The notes beneath the pieces were generated by a model, which was not told where the DNA came from, made no database searches, and saw nothing but the letters and a program-made list of their open reading frames with translations. This document shows positions 1 through 9,044 of a stretch of 64,000 nucleotides of DNA, one piece after another (the stretch's first letter is position 1; each line of letters opens with the position of its first letter). The translations under genes and the position numbers were made by a program. The DNA is from Alphaproteobacteria bacterium. GTDB lineage: Bacteria > Pseudomonadota > Alphaproteobacteria > MPNO01 > UBA830. The stretch spans positions 6,039,319 through 6,103,318 of the forward strand of contig OZ251539.1 in assembly GCA_965243135.1 (NCBI GenBank), written 5' to 3'.

Positions 1-1
1 C

Positions 2-565
2 ACGCCCGCGGCCGGCGAAGTCCTGTCGCCGACCGGCCGGGCGTTTCTCGCCGGATTGCTCGAGCACGCGATTCCCGCGACGGTCTTCGCGTCGCCCACG
101 GTCAACGGGTACCGGAGGTTCCGCCCGAATTCCCTCGCCCCCGACAGGGCCGCCTGGGCGTGCGACCATCGAGGCGCGCTGATGCGCGTGATCTCGGACC
201 CGGCGGACCCGGCGTCGCGGGTGGAGAACCGCGCGGGCGAGCCGGCCGCCAACCCGTATCTGTTCGTCGCTTCCCAGATCGCCGCCGGACTCGACGGGAT
301 GGAGCGGAACCTCGACCTGCAACCGCCGGACGACGCCCCTTACGAGGCCGACCGGCCGCGGTTGCCCGCGACGCTCGGCGACGCGCTCGAAGCGCTCGAG
401 GCCAGCGCCCTGTTTCGCGAAGCTTTCGGCGCCAGGTTTCTCGATTACTATCTTCGGCTCAAACGCGCCGAACTGGATCGTTTCCGGCGATGGTGCGAGG
501 ATAACGGGGACGATGGCGGCGACGTGACCCCATGGGAGCAGAACGAGTATTACGACTTCTTCTGA
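2..565 (+). CDS. Glutamine synthetase-family protein, C-terminal part (5' truncated by window edge)
   Basis: GS catalytic-domain motifs PTVNGYRRF, DHRGALMRV, RVENRAGEPAANPYL and LPATLGDAL; ends VTPWEQNEYYDFF; frame is open to the window start. Confidence 0.85.
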   Translation, partial: TPAAGEVLSPTGRAFLAGLLEHAIPATVFASPTVNGYRRFRPNSLAPDRAAWACDHRGALMRVISDPADPASRVENRAGEPAANPYLFVASQIAAGLDGMERNLDLQPPDDAPYEADRPRLPATLGDALEALEASALFREAFGARFLDYYLRLKRAELDRFRRWCEDNGDDGGDVTPWEQNEYYDFF

Positions 566-581
566 CTGCGGGAGACGGGGC

Positions 582-1925
582 ATGGACGGAACGGCGATTC
601 GCCCGAACGATTTCGGAGACCTGATCCGGGAGGATCGCGTGCATCGCCGGATCTACACCGAGGACGCGATCTTCCGCGCGGAGATGACCAAGGTCTTCGG
701 CGGCGTCTGGGTGTATCTCGGCCACGAGAGCCAGATTCCCCGCAACGACGACTTCGCGCGCACCCGGCTGGGGCTTCGCCCGCTGATCCTGGTGCGCGAT
801 TCGGAGGGGCGCATACGGGCGCTCTACAACCGCTGCACGCATCGCGGCTCGACCGTGTGCCGCCGCGACTCCGGTTCCGCGAAGGCGTTCCAGTGCCCGT
901 ATCACGGCTGGACCTTCCGCAACTCCGGAAAGCTCGGCGGCGTCCCGTGGCCGGAGGGGTATGCCGACGGCGTCGACGATTCCAGGTTCAATCTCGCGCA
1001 GGTTCCGCGGGTCGAATCGTTCCGCGGCTTCATTTTCGGGACGCTGAACGTTTCGGCTCCGCCGCTGCCGGACTATCTCGGTCCGGTCGCGCGCCCGCTG
1101 GAGGAGTGGCTCGACCGCCATCCCGGAGGCAGGGTTGCGTTGTGCAACGCCAATCGCCTGAAGCTGCACGGCAACTGGAAACTGGTCTACGACAATTCGG
1201 CCGACGGCTACCACGTTCTGTTTTCGCATCGCTCGCTGCTCGCGATGGAAAACCGCATGTCGGAGGGCAAGGGCATGGCGTTCTACAGGGAGTCGCCCGA
1301 TACGCGGCCGATGTACGTATACGCCTACGCCAACGGCCATCACTTCAAGGACAAGCGCGGCAACGTCGAGCGCGGCCGCCCGGGCGCGCTCTGGGAAATC
1401 GAAAGCGCGCATCCGGGGATGGAGCATTTCGAGGACAAGCTGCGGCGGGAGCATCCCGAGCGCGCCGACGAGTTTCTCGACCTCGCCTCCTCCGAACCCG
1501 TCAACATCAACGTATTCCCGAATCTCCACATCCTCGGCAACCACGTCCAGGTCGTGCAGCCGCTGTCGGTCGCCGAAACCGACACGACGTGGTGGGGAAC
1601 CGCGGTCGTCGACGACGACGGCGCGCTCGACGGCGCGGTCGACGACATCAACGCCGTCCGGATGCGCACCCAGGAAGGCTTCCCGAATTTCGGGGAGGTC
1701 GACGACCTGATGAATTTCGAACAGATCCAGGAGGGGCTCGCCGCCGAGGAGGACGAATGGGTCTACACGCATCGCGGTCTCGGCCTTCCTGAGCGCTACG
1801 CCGTTCAGCCGGACGGCTCCATTCGGGGTCCCGCCACAGACGAGGTCTTTCTGCGCGAGTACTTCAGGCACTACCGCGACCTGATGACGTCCGAGCCGGA
1901 TATCCGGATCATGCGGGAGCCATGA
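582..1925 (+). CDS. Rieske aromatic ring-hydroxylating oxygenase, alpha subunit
   Basis: Rieske motif NRCTHRG...CPYHGW; mononuclear iron motif DGYHVLFSH; GGGAG RBS upstream. Confidence 0.93.
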   Translation: MDGTAIRPNDFGDLIREDRVHRRIYTEDAIFRAEMTKVFGGVWVYLGHESQIPRNDDFARTRLGLRPLILVRDSEGRIRALYNRCTHRGSTVCRRDSGSAKAFQCPYHGWTFRNSGKLGGVPWPEGYADGVDDSRFNLAQVPRVESFRGFIFGTLNVSAPPLPDYLGPVARPLEEWLDRHPGGRVALCNANRLKLHGNWKLVYDNSADGYHVLFSHRSLLAMENRMSEGKGMAFYRESPDTRPMYVYAYANGHHFKDKRGNVERGRPGALWEIESAHPGMEHFEDKLRREHPERADEFLDLASSEPVNINVFPNLHILGNHVQVVQPLSVAETDTTWWGTAVVDDDGALDGAVDDINAVRMRTQEGFPNFGEVDDLMNFEQIQEGLAAEEDEWVYTHRGLGLPERYAVQPDGSIRGPATDEVFLREYFRHYRDLMTSEPDIRIMREP

Positions 1926-1974
1926 ATTTCCGTCCGTCGGTCGCCGCGCCGCGTTCCGTTTCCGGAGAGGGTCG

Positions 1975-2559
1975 GTGAAGGCGCGTTCCCCGTCCGAAAG
2001 CTCCCACTACGTGAGCGCCGAATTCTATCGCGATCTGATCGCGAACTTTACCGGGTGGGCGACCGACGACGCCGAGGCGTCCGATTCCGGGCTTCGCGAT
2101 TCCTGCCGGCGGCTCCTCGAGAAGGAAGCCCGCCTGCTCGACGAAGCCCGCCACGAGGACTGGCTCGCCCTCTACGCCGACGAGTGCCTCTACTGGGTGC
2201 CGGCTTCCCCCGGCGGCGGCGACCCGCGAAAGGAAGTCGCCGTCGCCTTCGACGACCGGCGCCGTCTGGAGGACCGGATCTACCGGCTTCGCAGCGAGTA
2301 CGCCTGGTCGCAGCAGCCCGCGTCCCGCACCAGCCGGATCGTTTCCAACGTCGCCGCGTACCTTACCCGCGATGCCGACATCGTGATGGCGCGGTCGAAT
2401 TTCCTGACTTCGGAATTCCAGGACGGCGATTACCGCACGTGGGCGGGATGGTATGCGCACCGTCTGCGCCGACGGGCGGATTCCTGGGAAATCCTCGTCA
2501 AGCAGGTCAACCTCATCGACTGCGACCGGAATCTCCGCAATCCCAGCATAACGCTCTGA
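1975..2559 (+). CDS. Aromatic ring-hydroxylating oxygenase, beta subunit
   Basis: EARLLDE..W.ALY...YWVP, RLEDRIYRL and WSQQPASRT motifs; follows the alpha subunit. Confidence 0.9.
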   Translation: MKARSPSESSHYVSAEFYRDLIANFTGWATDDAEASDSGLRDSCRRLLEKEARLLDEARHEDWLALYADECLYWVPASPGGGDPRKEVAVAFDDRRRLEDRIYRLRSEYAWSQQPASRTSRIVSNVAAYLTRDADIVMARSNFLTSEFQDGDYRTWAGWYAHRLRRRADSWEILVKQVNLIDCDRNLRNPSITL

Positions 2560-2576
2560 AGCGAGCGGCGGCCGGA

Positions 2577-3029
2577 CTACGCCAACCGGTCGAGGTCCGC
2601 GAGCACCTGCGCCGGATGGTCCGCGGGTTTCACCTGCTCGTAAGCCGCGGCGACGCGGCCGTCCGGTCCGATAAGGATCGATTTGCGCGGCGCGCGCGGA
2701 CTGTCCGGCGCGGACACGCCGCAGGCCACGGAAACGGACCCGTCCTCGTCGCTCAGCAAATCGAAAGGGAAGGAGAATTTCTCTCGGAACGCCTTGTTGC
2801 TCGCCGGGCTGTCGTAGCTGACGCCGACGACGGAGGCGTTGCGCGTTTCGAAGTCCTGGATTCTGTCACGGAATCCTTTGCCTTCGATGGTTCATCCGGG
2901 CGTGTCGGCCTTTGGATACCACCAGAGCAGAACGTAACGGCCGGTGAAATCGTCCTTCTTCACCGTCGTTCCGTCCTGATTCGGAAGAGCGAAATCGGGC
3001 GCGTCGGCGCCCGTCGGGATCAACGCCAT
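2577..3029 (-). CDS. bcp: BCP/PrxQ-type peroxiredoxin, selenocysteine-containing (in-frame UGA at 2892-2894)
   Basis: MALIPTGADAPDFALPNQDG...WWYPKADTPG-[TGA]-TIEGKGFRD...VVGVSYD...FPFDLLSD...KPADHPAQVL in one frame of 151 codons; TGA replaces the peroxidatic Cys of YPKAxTPGCT. Confidence 0.88.
2848..2887 (-). promoter_or_regulatory. Candidate bacterial SECIS hairpin
   Basis: Minus strand just 3' of the UGA reads TCGAAG-GCAAA-GGATTC-[CGTGACA]-GAATCC-AGGA-CTTCGA, giving two perfect 6-bp stems and a G-containing apical loop. Confidence 0.75.
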
Positions 3030-3085
3030 GCGGGCATCTCCGTGCTGGGGAACGCGCTCGCGGCGCGTCCGGTTCTCGGGGCGGG

Positions 3086-3262
3086 TCAGAAGTAGTCGGG
3101 CGCGCTGCGCTTCCGGCATCTCAGGCAGAGGCGGTTGTGCCAGCCCTCGCTCATGAACTTTTCGCCGCAGGAGAGGCAGCTTCGCTCTCCGGGGACATTG
3201 TGCGCGGCCTTGTGGTCGTCTTCGACGAATTCATCGTCCTGCAGCATCGATGTTTCATTCAT
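3086..3262 (-). CDS. Small zinc-ribbon protein (58 aa)
   Basis: RSCLSCGEKFMSEGWHNRLCLRC has two CxxC pairs, resembling a small alphaproteobacterial protein family. Confidence 0.7.
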   Translation of the reverse strand: MNETSMLQDDEFVEDDHKAAHNVPGERSCLSCGEKFMSEGWHNRLCLRCRKRSAPDYF

Positions 3263-3340
3263 GCCCGTTGTCCCAATCTTATCGTTTGTTTCGTTGCCCC
3301 GGATCGTCCGAGGGCGCCGTGCGGTGTCGCCGCGCCTCCG

Positions 3341-3604
3341 CGCATCTCCCTTCGCCGAGCGCGCGGAGAGGATTATTTTTTCGGGACGCCCGCTCGAAAG
3401 CCTGCACCCCTTCCTCTTCCGCGCCGGAACGGTTTTCCACCGCAGCCTCGAAGACAGGTTACAGAAAACGCGGAGCGTGCGCAATCGCCCTGGGGGACGG
3501 CGCGAGCGGCCTTCGGCGGCGCCGTTTTCGCTCGAGCGGCGAGTCGACGGCTCCAGGTCGACGGGCGGGTCGGAGAGCGCGGCGTTCCGGCGCGTCGCGC
3601 TTCA
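3341..3604 (+). repeat. Imperfect direct repeat, copy 1
   Basis: Shares 'ttccgcgccggaacggttttccac' and 'gtcgacgggcg.gtcggagagcgcggcgt' with 4535-5122. Confidence 0.7.
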
Positions 3605-3734
3605 GGCTTGAACAGGCGGGGCGTTGCGCGATCATGCGTTGCAGGCGATGCTCATGGTCGCGCTGTCCGCTGGTTCGTTCGCCTGTCGTCAGCGCCTGAG
3701 TGCGTCATTCACGCGTTGCCAACAATGACGCAGA

Positions 3735-4496
3735 ATGGAGAGCATCATGCCCGGCATCGTCGATATCCTGCGGAACGATCCGGAACCGTTCCCCGAATGG
3801 TTGGCCGCCAGCCCGCCGCGCTTCGATCGCGAGAAATTCTTCGCCTGCCGTACCGTCTATTATCCGGGTAGCGGAGACGATGGCCAGCCAGTGAAGCTCT
3901 GCGCGTTGGCCCACGCCGCGCACGCGTTCCTCTATGTCGACCAGAGTGTGGAACGGGAAACGCTCGCCGAAACCCTGCGCAACCCGGAGAGGGGCCTTCG
4001 CGGCTATGCGGTCGTCCATCAGGAACAGCTGACGGAGGACAGGTTGCGGCCGGGCGGGTGGACGCCGCACGTTTCCCCGGAAGAGGCGCAGCGCTCCACC
4101 CGTTTCAAGGATAGCTTTGCAGTTCCGTTCGCATGGTTCGTTGCATTCGACCGGCAGGAGGGCTTCGGCGACGACCACGGGCCGGAGCGCCTCGCGATCC
4201 TGTTCGTCGGCGGCGACGGCGTCGCCAGCTACGATGCCCTCTATTGCCAAGAGGACGGTACGCCGCCGCCGTTCCTGGCGGTTATCCAGGACCATGGTTT
4301 CGGCGGCAGTTACACGAGCTTTGGCGATGGAGGGATTCTGGCGAGAATCGCCCGAGAGCGCCGGATTCTGCCAGCGTATCTGTTGGTCGCGAGAAACTCC
4401 AGACCGTGGTCAGGCTATGCGGACACCGGCGCTATCGCCGAACCTGGCGGTATGCATGCGCATCTGAGGCGCCTTTTCCGTCGCAATCCCCCATAG
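3735..4496 (+). CDS. Hypothetical protein
   Basis: 253 aa ORF with protein-like composition (YYPGSGDDGQPVK, QDHGFGG); no family recognised. Confidence 0.7.
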   Translation: MESIMPGIVDILRNDPEPFPEWLAASPPRFDREKFFACRTVYYPGSGDDGQPVKLCALAHAAHAFLYVDQSVERETLAETLRNPERGLRGYAVVHQEQLTEDRLRPGGWTPHVSPEEAQRSTRFKDSFAVPFAWFVAFDRQEGFGDDHGPERLAILFVGGDGVASYDALYCQEDGTPPPFLAVIQDHGFGGSYTSFGDGGILARIARERRILPAYLLVARNSRPWSGYADTGAIAEPGGMHAHLRRLFRRNPP

Positions 4497-4534
4497 CGGC
4501 CGGAATCGATCTTCGCCGGACAGCGTTGCGTTCC

Positions 4535-5122
4535 GCGTCTTTCCCTTCTCCGAGTTCGCAGAAGGATTGTTTCCGGGACGTCCGCTCGCAAGCCGACGCT
4601 CCCATTCCTTTTCCGCGCCGGAACGGTTTTCCACTGTGGCCTCGAAAAGGGCCCGCTATCAACTCGGGATGGGTTGGCCGGTGAGTCAGGGCGCTGGGGC
4701 GGCGGCGGCGAACGCCCTGACATAAGCGCACGCCAAGTGAGCGTATCGCGCCGCCGTCCGAACCTGCGTGGCCCGAGCAACTTTTCGATCGTCGGCAGGC
4801 TCTTGCCAAGAGCCTGCGCTCGCGAAACCAAGCTGTGCCGCAAGCCGTGGACGCGGATGTCGCCCGAACCGGCGCGCTGCGTCGCCGGGAGCGCTGCAGG
4901 TCGGCGAGATGGGCGCTTGGCTTCCTGTCGGAAATGACCCGAAGATTGTCCAGGTCGCGGGGTAGGGCGGTGAGCAACCTCGCCGCCGCGCGCGACAACG
5001 TTGCCATCGCCGGTCTTGTCGTCGGGCGATTCGCCCGCCTCCAGGTCCAAGTTCTCCTGACGAAGCGCGTCGACGGGCGCGTCGGAGAGCGCGGCGTCCC
5101 GTTTCCGGAGCGTCGCGCATCA
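4535..5122 (+). repeat. Imperfect direct repeat, copy 2, interrupted by an integrase remnant
   Basis: 4535-4646 aligns with 3341-3452, and ~5040-5122 aligns with ~3550-3604. Confidence 0.65.
4700..5010 (-). pseudogene. Tyrosine recombinase/integrase C-terminal remnant
   Basis: Spread over three frames: LSRAAARLLTALPRD...HLADLQR / DIRVHGLRHSLVSRAQALGKSLPTIEKLLG / TQVRTAARYAHLA (HxxR and catalytic Tyr boxes). Confidence 0.8.
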
Positions 5123-5148
5123 AACCCGAAGACGCCGCCGCCGAACGG

Positions 5149-5571
5149 CTAAAAGGATCGGGATCCCGTAATCGCGGCGATGGCGGCGGTGGCCACCTCG
5201 AGGTCCTGCTCGCCGGTGCCGGATCCCACGCCGACTCCCCCGATGCAATCGCCGTCGACGACGATGGGCAGCCCGCCGGGCAGGTTGATGCGCTCGCCGT
5301 CGGTGCCGACCGCGAGCTTCATGTCGATGCCTTCGGCGATTCCGCCGGTCGGCGCTCCGTAGCAGGCGGCCGTGCGCGCCTTTCTCAGCGAGGTCTGCAT
5401 GGACATGTGGAACGCGCCGTCCATGCGTGCGAACGCGAGCAGGTGGCCGCCCTCGTCGACTACCGAGATGCACTGCGGCTGCCCCATTGCGGCGGCCTTC
5501 GCGATCCCCGCGTGGAGCGCCTTGAGCGCGCCTTCATGCGTCAGTTTCAGTTTTCGCGCCGTTTCGCTCAT
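5149..5571 (-). CDS. GlcG/HbpS-family heme-binding protein
   Basis: ISVVDEGGHLLAFARMDGA, KARTA, LPGGLPI...IGGVGVGSG...D motifs. Confidence 0.9.
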   Translation of the reverse strand: MSETARKLKLTHEGALKALHAGIAKAAAMGQPQCISVVDEGGHLLAFARMDGAFHMSMQTSLRKARTAACYGAPTGGIAEGIDMKLAVGTDGERINLPGGLPIVVDGDCIGGVGVGSGTGEQDLEVATAAIAAITGSRSF

Positions 5572-5645
5572 CCGTCCTCTCCCTGTCCGGTCGGCTTCGC
5601 GCCGCCTCGTCTCGAATCGTCGGCAGTCTTCCGGCAAAGGCGCAA

Positions 5646-6878
5646 TCATGCAAGGCGCGGTTGCCGGCCGCCGGTGCGCAGCAGAAGCAGCGTCACAAGC
5701 CCGATGTTCAGAAAGTTCCAGGCGATGCCGTTAATGAACGCTGCCTGGTACGAAGCCGTGAGATCGTAGATCCAGCCCGATACCCAGCCGCCGAGCGCCA
5801 TGCCGACGATGGTCGCCATGATGAGGATTCCGACGCGCTCGCCGGCGACTCGCGCTGGCATGTATTCGCGGACGATGATCGCGTAGCTCGGAACGATCCC
5901 GCCCTGCGCGAGGCCGAACGCCAGCGAGACGACGTAGAGCGAGGTAAGGCCGTCGAACGGAAGGTACAGAAACAGTGCGACGCACTGCATCGCCGATCCG
6001 AGAAGCAGGGTCCTCGCGCCGCCGATCCGGTCGGCCAGAAGGCCCGAGACGATTCTGCTGACGGCGCCGCCCGCCAGCATCAGCGACAGCATCTCCGCGC
6101 CGCGGGCGACGCCGTAACCGAGGTCTCCGCAATAGGCGACGATATGCACCTGCGGCATCGACATCGCGACGCAACAGCCGATGCCCGCGATGGCGAGCAG
6201 AACGATCAGGCTCCGCTGGGAAAGCGCGACCGTCTTCAGGCCCGAAAGGCCGCCGCCTCCGGCGGCTGCGTGATCCTCCAGCGGCGGACGCCTGCGAAGA
6301 AGGAGGGCGAGCGGCACCATGGCGAGACAGATGATGCCGATGGCGACGTAGGCCGCCCGCCAGTCCGCGAAGTCGAGAACGAACCGGATGAACAGGGGCC
6401 AGACGACGCCCCCGAAATAGTTCCCGCAGGCGGTCAGGGCGACTGCGATCCCGCGGCGCTTGCGGAACCAGTGCGAGACGTCGGCGATCAGCGGTCCGAA
6501 CGTTCCGGCCGTTCCGATCCCGATAAGGATTCCCTGAATCAGCGCGAACTGCCAGATGGAATCCGCCATCGCCGCCAAAATGAAACCTGCGGCCAGGGCG
6601 AAAGCGGTGACTATCAGCGGAAGAACGATTCCAAGGCGGTCGACGTAGCGGCCGATGATGAGATTGCCGAAGGCGAAGCCGGCCATTGTCAACGTATAGG
6701 GAAGCGAGGCGCTTGATCGCTCGACGCCGAACTCGTTCTGGACCGCCGGCAGGACGACGACCACGGCCCAGAATCCGACGCTGCCGATCGTTCCCAAAAG
6801 CATCGATACGGCGAGGCGCAACCGGGCGTAACGCCCGTCCGGAGAACCGGGGCCGAGTCGGCGGGATGCCGCTGTCAC
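5646..6878 (-). CDS. MFS transporter
   Basis: About 12 hydrophobic segments; GRYVDRLG and GLLADRIG motif A. Confidence 0.9.
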   Translation of the reverse strand: MTAASRRLGPGSPDGRYARLRLAVSMLLGTIGSVGFWAVVVVLPAVQNEFGVERSSASLPYTLTMAGFAFGNLIIGRYVDRLGIVLPLIVTAFALAAGFILAAMADSIWQFALIQGILIGIGTAGTFGPLIADVSHWFRKRRGIAVALTACGNYFGGVVWPLFIRFVLDFADWRAAYVAIGIICLAMVPLALLLRRRPPLEDHAAAGGGGLSGLKTVALSQRSLIVLLAIAGIGCCVAMSMPQVHIVAYCGDLGYGVARGAEMLSLMLAGGAVSRIVSGLLADRIGGARTLLLGSAMQCVALFLYLPFDGLTSLYVVSLAFGLAQGGIVPSYAIIVREYMPARVAGERVGILIMATIVGMALGGWVSGWIYDLTASYQAAFINGIAWNFLNIGLVTLLLLRTGGRQPRLA

Positions 6879-7112
6879 GGCCGCTCCCCGTGCAGAGCGA
6901 GAATAGGCTCTTTTTCGTTATGGGCTTCAGTCTGGGCTTCCGTCTGCGGGGCAGGGCGCTTCCACGCGCCGGTCGGAACGTACTGGGCGCGCGGCCGTAA
7001 GCGGTCACGCCGTCCGGAACGCGCGGAAGAACAGGCGGGCCGATCCGGTCTGGGCTGACGGTGCGTCTCTGCGCAGAAGAAGGTCACTGAACGATGCTGC
7101 TGGAGGATGCCG

Positions 7113-8345
7113 TTACGGCCGCGCCTTTCCGGCCGCCGCCTCCTGTTCCCGGCTCCAGCGTTCCACGGGAGTGTCGTCGATGCTCCAGTGAATCAGAGCG
7201 GCGATGCCGCCGAGAGCGATCGCGAGCCACCATCCTGCGTCGTAGGTGCCATAGAGATCGTAAAAGTAGCCGCCGAGATAGATGCCCATGAAACTGCCGA
7301 CCTGGTGGCTGAAGAATACGATCGCGAAGAGCGTGGCCATGTAACGGGGGCCGAATACCTTGGCGACGATGCCCATGGTGAGCGGCGCCGTCGACAGCCA
7401 CAGCAATCCGAAGATGGAGGCGAATCCGAGAACCGTGATCTCGTTGACGGGCAGCATGATGAATACGAGGAACAATATGCCGCGGGAGAGGTACAGGAGG
7501 CTCAGCAGGTTCTTCATCCGCCACCGCGATCCCATCCAGCCGGCGGCGATCGTTCCGAAGATGTTGAACAGCCCGATCGCCCCGAGGGCCCAGGCGGCGA
7601 GCCAGGGATTGGCGCCCGCGTCTTCGAGAAAGCCCGGCAGGTGAGTGCCGACGAACTGGATCTGGAAGCCGCAGACGAAGAACCCGGCGACCAGAAGAAG
7701 GTAGCCGCGATGCTGGCTGGCTTCGCGAAGAGCCGACGACAGACTCTGGTGATCCGGCCTTGCGAGAGTGGCCGCGCTGCCGGCCTGCATCGACAGCGTC
7801 AGCGGGACGCATACCGCGACGATGATTCCGAGCACGACGATTCCGTCGGACCAGCCGAAAGCGCTTATCAGTCCGGCGTTGGTCGGCGCGAAAACGAATT
7901 GTCCGGCGGAGCCGCCGGCGGTGACGATGCCGAGCCACAGGCTTCGCCTCTTGTCGGACGCGACCCGCCCGACAAGGGCGAGCGGCAGGGTGAAGCCGAT
8001 GCCCGAAGCCCCGAGGCCCACGATAAGGCCTGCCGACAGCGTCATCGCCTCGGGCGACGTGGAGACCGATATCAGCGCGACGCCGACGGCGTAGAGGGCG
8101 CCGGACAGCGCGATTATGCGAATCGGACCCAGCCGGTCGCCGAGAGCGGCCACGAAGGGAGCGGCGGCGCCCATGGTGAAGTTCTGTATGGCGATGGCGA
8201 ACGAGAATTCGCTGCGTCCCCAGCCCAGATCCTGGCTGAGCGGCACCAGGAACAGGCCGAAATTCTGGCGCGAGCCGTTCGCGATCAGGAGGAGCGCCGT
8301 TGCGGCGAACAGGACATAAAACGGCGTGCGCCAGAACGGCGTCAT
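7113..8345 (-). CDS. MFS transporter
   Basis: RQNFGLF, LGDRLG, FFVCGF and FFSHQVGSFMG; hydrophobic profile. Confidence 0.9.
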   Translation of the reverse strand: MTPFWRTPFYVLFAATALLLIANGSRQNFGLFLVPLSQDLGWGRSEFSFAIAIQNFTMGAAAPFVAALGDRLGPIRIIALSGALYAVGVALISVSTSPEAMTLSAGLIVGLGASGIGFTLPLALVGRVASDKRRSLWLGIVTAGGSAGQFVFAPTNAGLISAFGWSDGIVVLGIIVAVCVPLTLSMQAGSAATLARPDHQSLSSALREASQHRGYLLLVAGFFVCGFQIQFVGTHLPGFLEDAGANPWLAAWALGAIGLFNIFGTIAAGWMGSRWRMKNLLSLLYLSRGILFLVFIMLPVNEITVLGFASIFGLLWLSTAPLTMGIVAKVFGPRYMATLFAIVFFSHQVGSFMGIYLGGYFYDLYGTYDAGWWLAIALGGIAALIHWSIDDTPVERWSREQEAAAGKARP

Positions 8346-8631
8346 TGCGAAACTCCACGGGATTGCCGAACTCCATCATAGCACGCGGCGGCGTTTCCGG
8401 GAGAGATGGCGGAGTGGCCGCCGGGCGAGGCGGGCAACGCTCCGGAAGGCGGGCGGAGTTCGGGACCGGACGGGAACATTGCCGGCAAGACGCCTCGCCG
8501 TCTCCGTTCGCGGACGGCGCGGCGGATAGGCGAGAGTCCCGGAAGGGCGGGAATCAGGGTATAAATTCCGCGGTCTCGACGGTCCGGCCCGTGTGTCGGT
8601 TGCGAGACCGTAGATCGAGAAGGGAACGGCC

Positions 8632-8853
8632 ATGTGGGGCTGGAGGGCGCTGAAGATACTGCTTCACTTGGCTGCGCTTGCCGGTCTTTGCCTTGCATTC
8701 TTGTTCAGCCTGTTTCTCGGGCTTCAGGTCCGCCCCCTTTACGGCAACGTCGGCATCGCAGCGACCGTGGTTTTGGCGGGGCTCTACGTCTATTTCGGCA
8801 TCTTGAGGAGATCCCGGCGGACGAAGCCCGGAAAAACGACGGGACGGACCTGA
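8632..8853 (+). CDS. Small membrane protein
   Basis: 73 aa with two hydrophobic helices and a basic tail; AAGGGA upstream. Confidence 0.55.
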   Translation: MWGWRALKILLHLAALAGLCLAFLFSLFLGLQVRPLYGNVGIAATVVLAGLYVYFGILRRSRRTKPGKTTGRT

Positions 8854-9044
8854 AACGCGAGGGGACGTGGAGCGTCCTTGCTGGGGCGCAGGGCGATTTC
8901 TTTGGCGGGGACGCCGACGACGAGAATTTCGACGAGCGGGGGCCGTAGGAATCGTCCGGCGCGAATCCGCGCGCCCGGCGAAAGCCGGCGTTCGTCCGAA
9001 CGACCGCACGGGTCGGACGCGCCTGCCCGGTTCGCCGCTCGTCG

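Noticed and set aside
2577-3119. Two separate small ORFs or a peroxiredoxin pseudogene
   Set aside because: Both are in one frame, the single UGA is at the catalytic Cys position, and a SECIS-like hairpin follows
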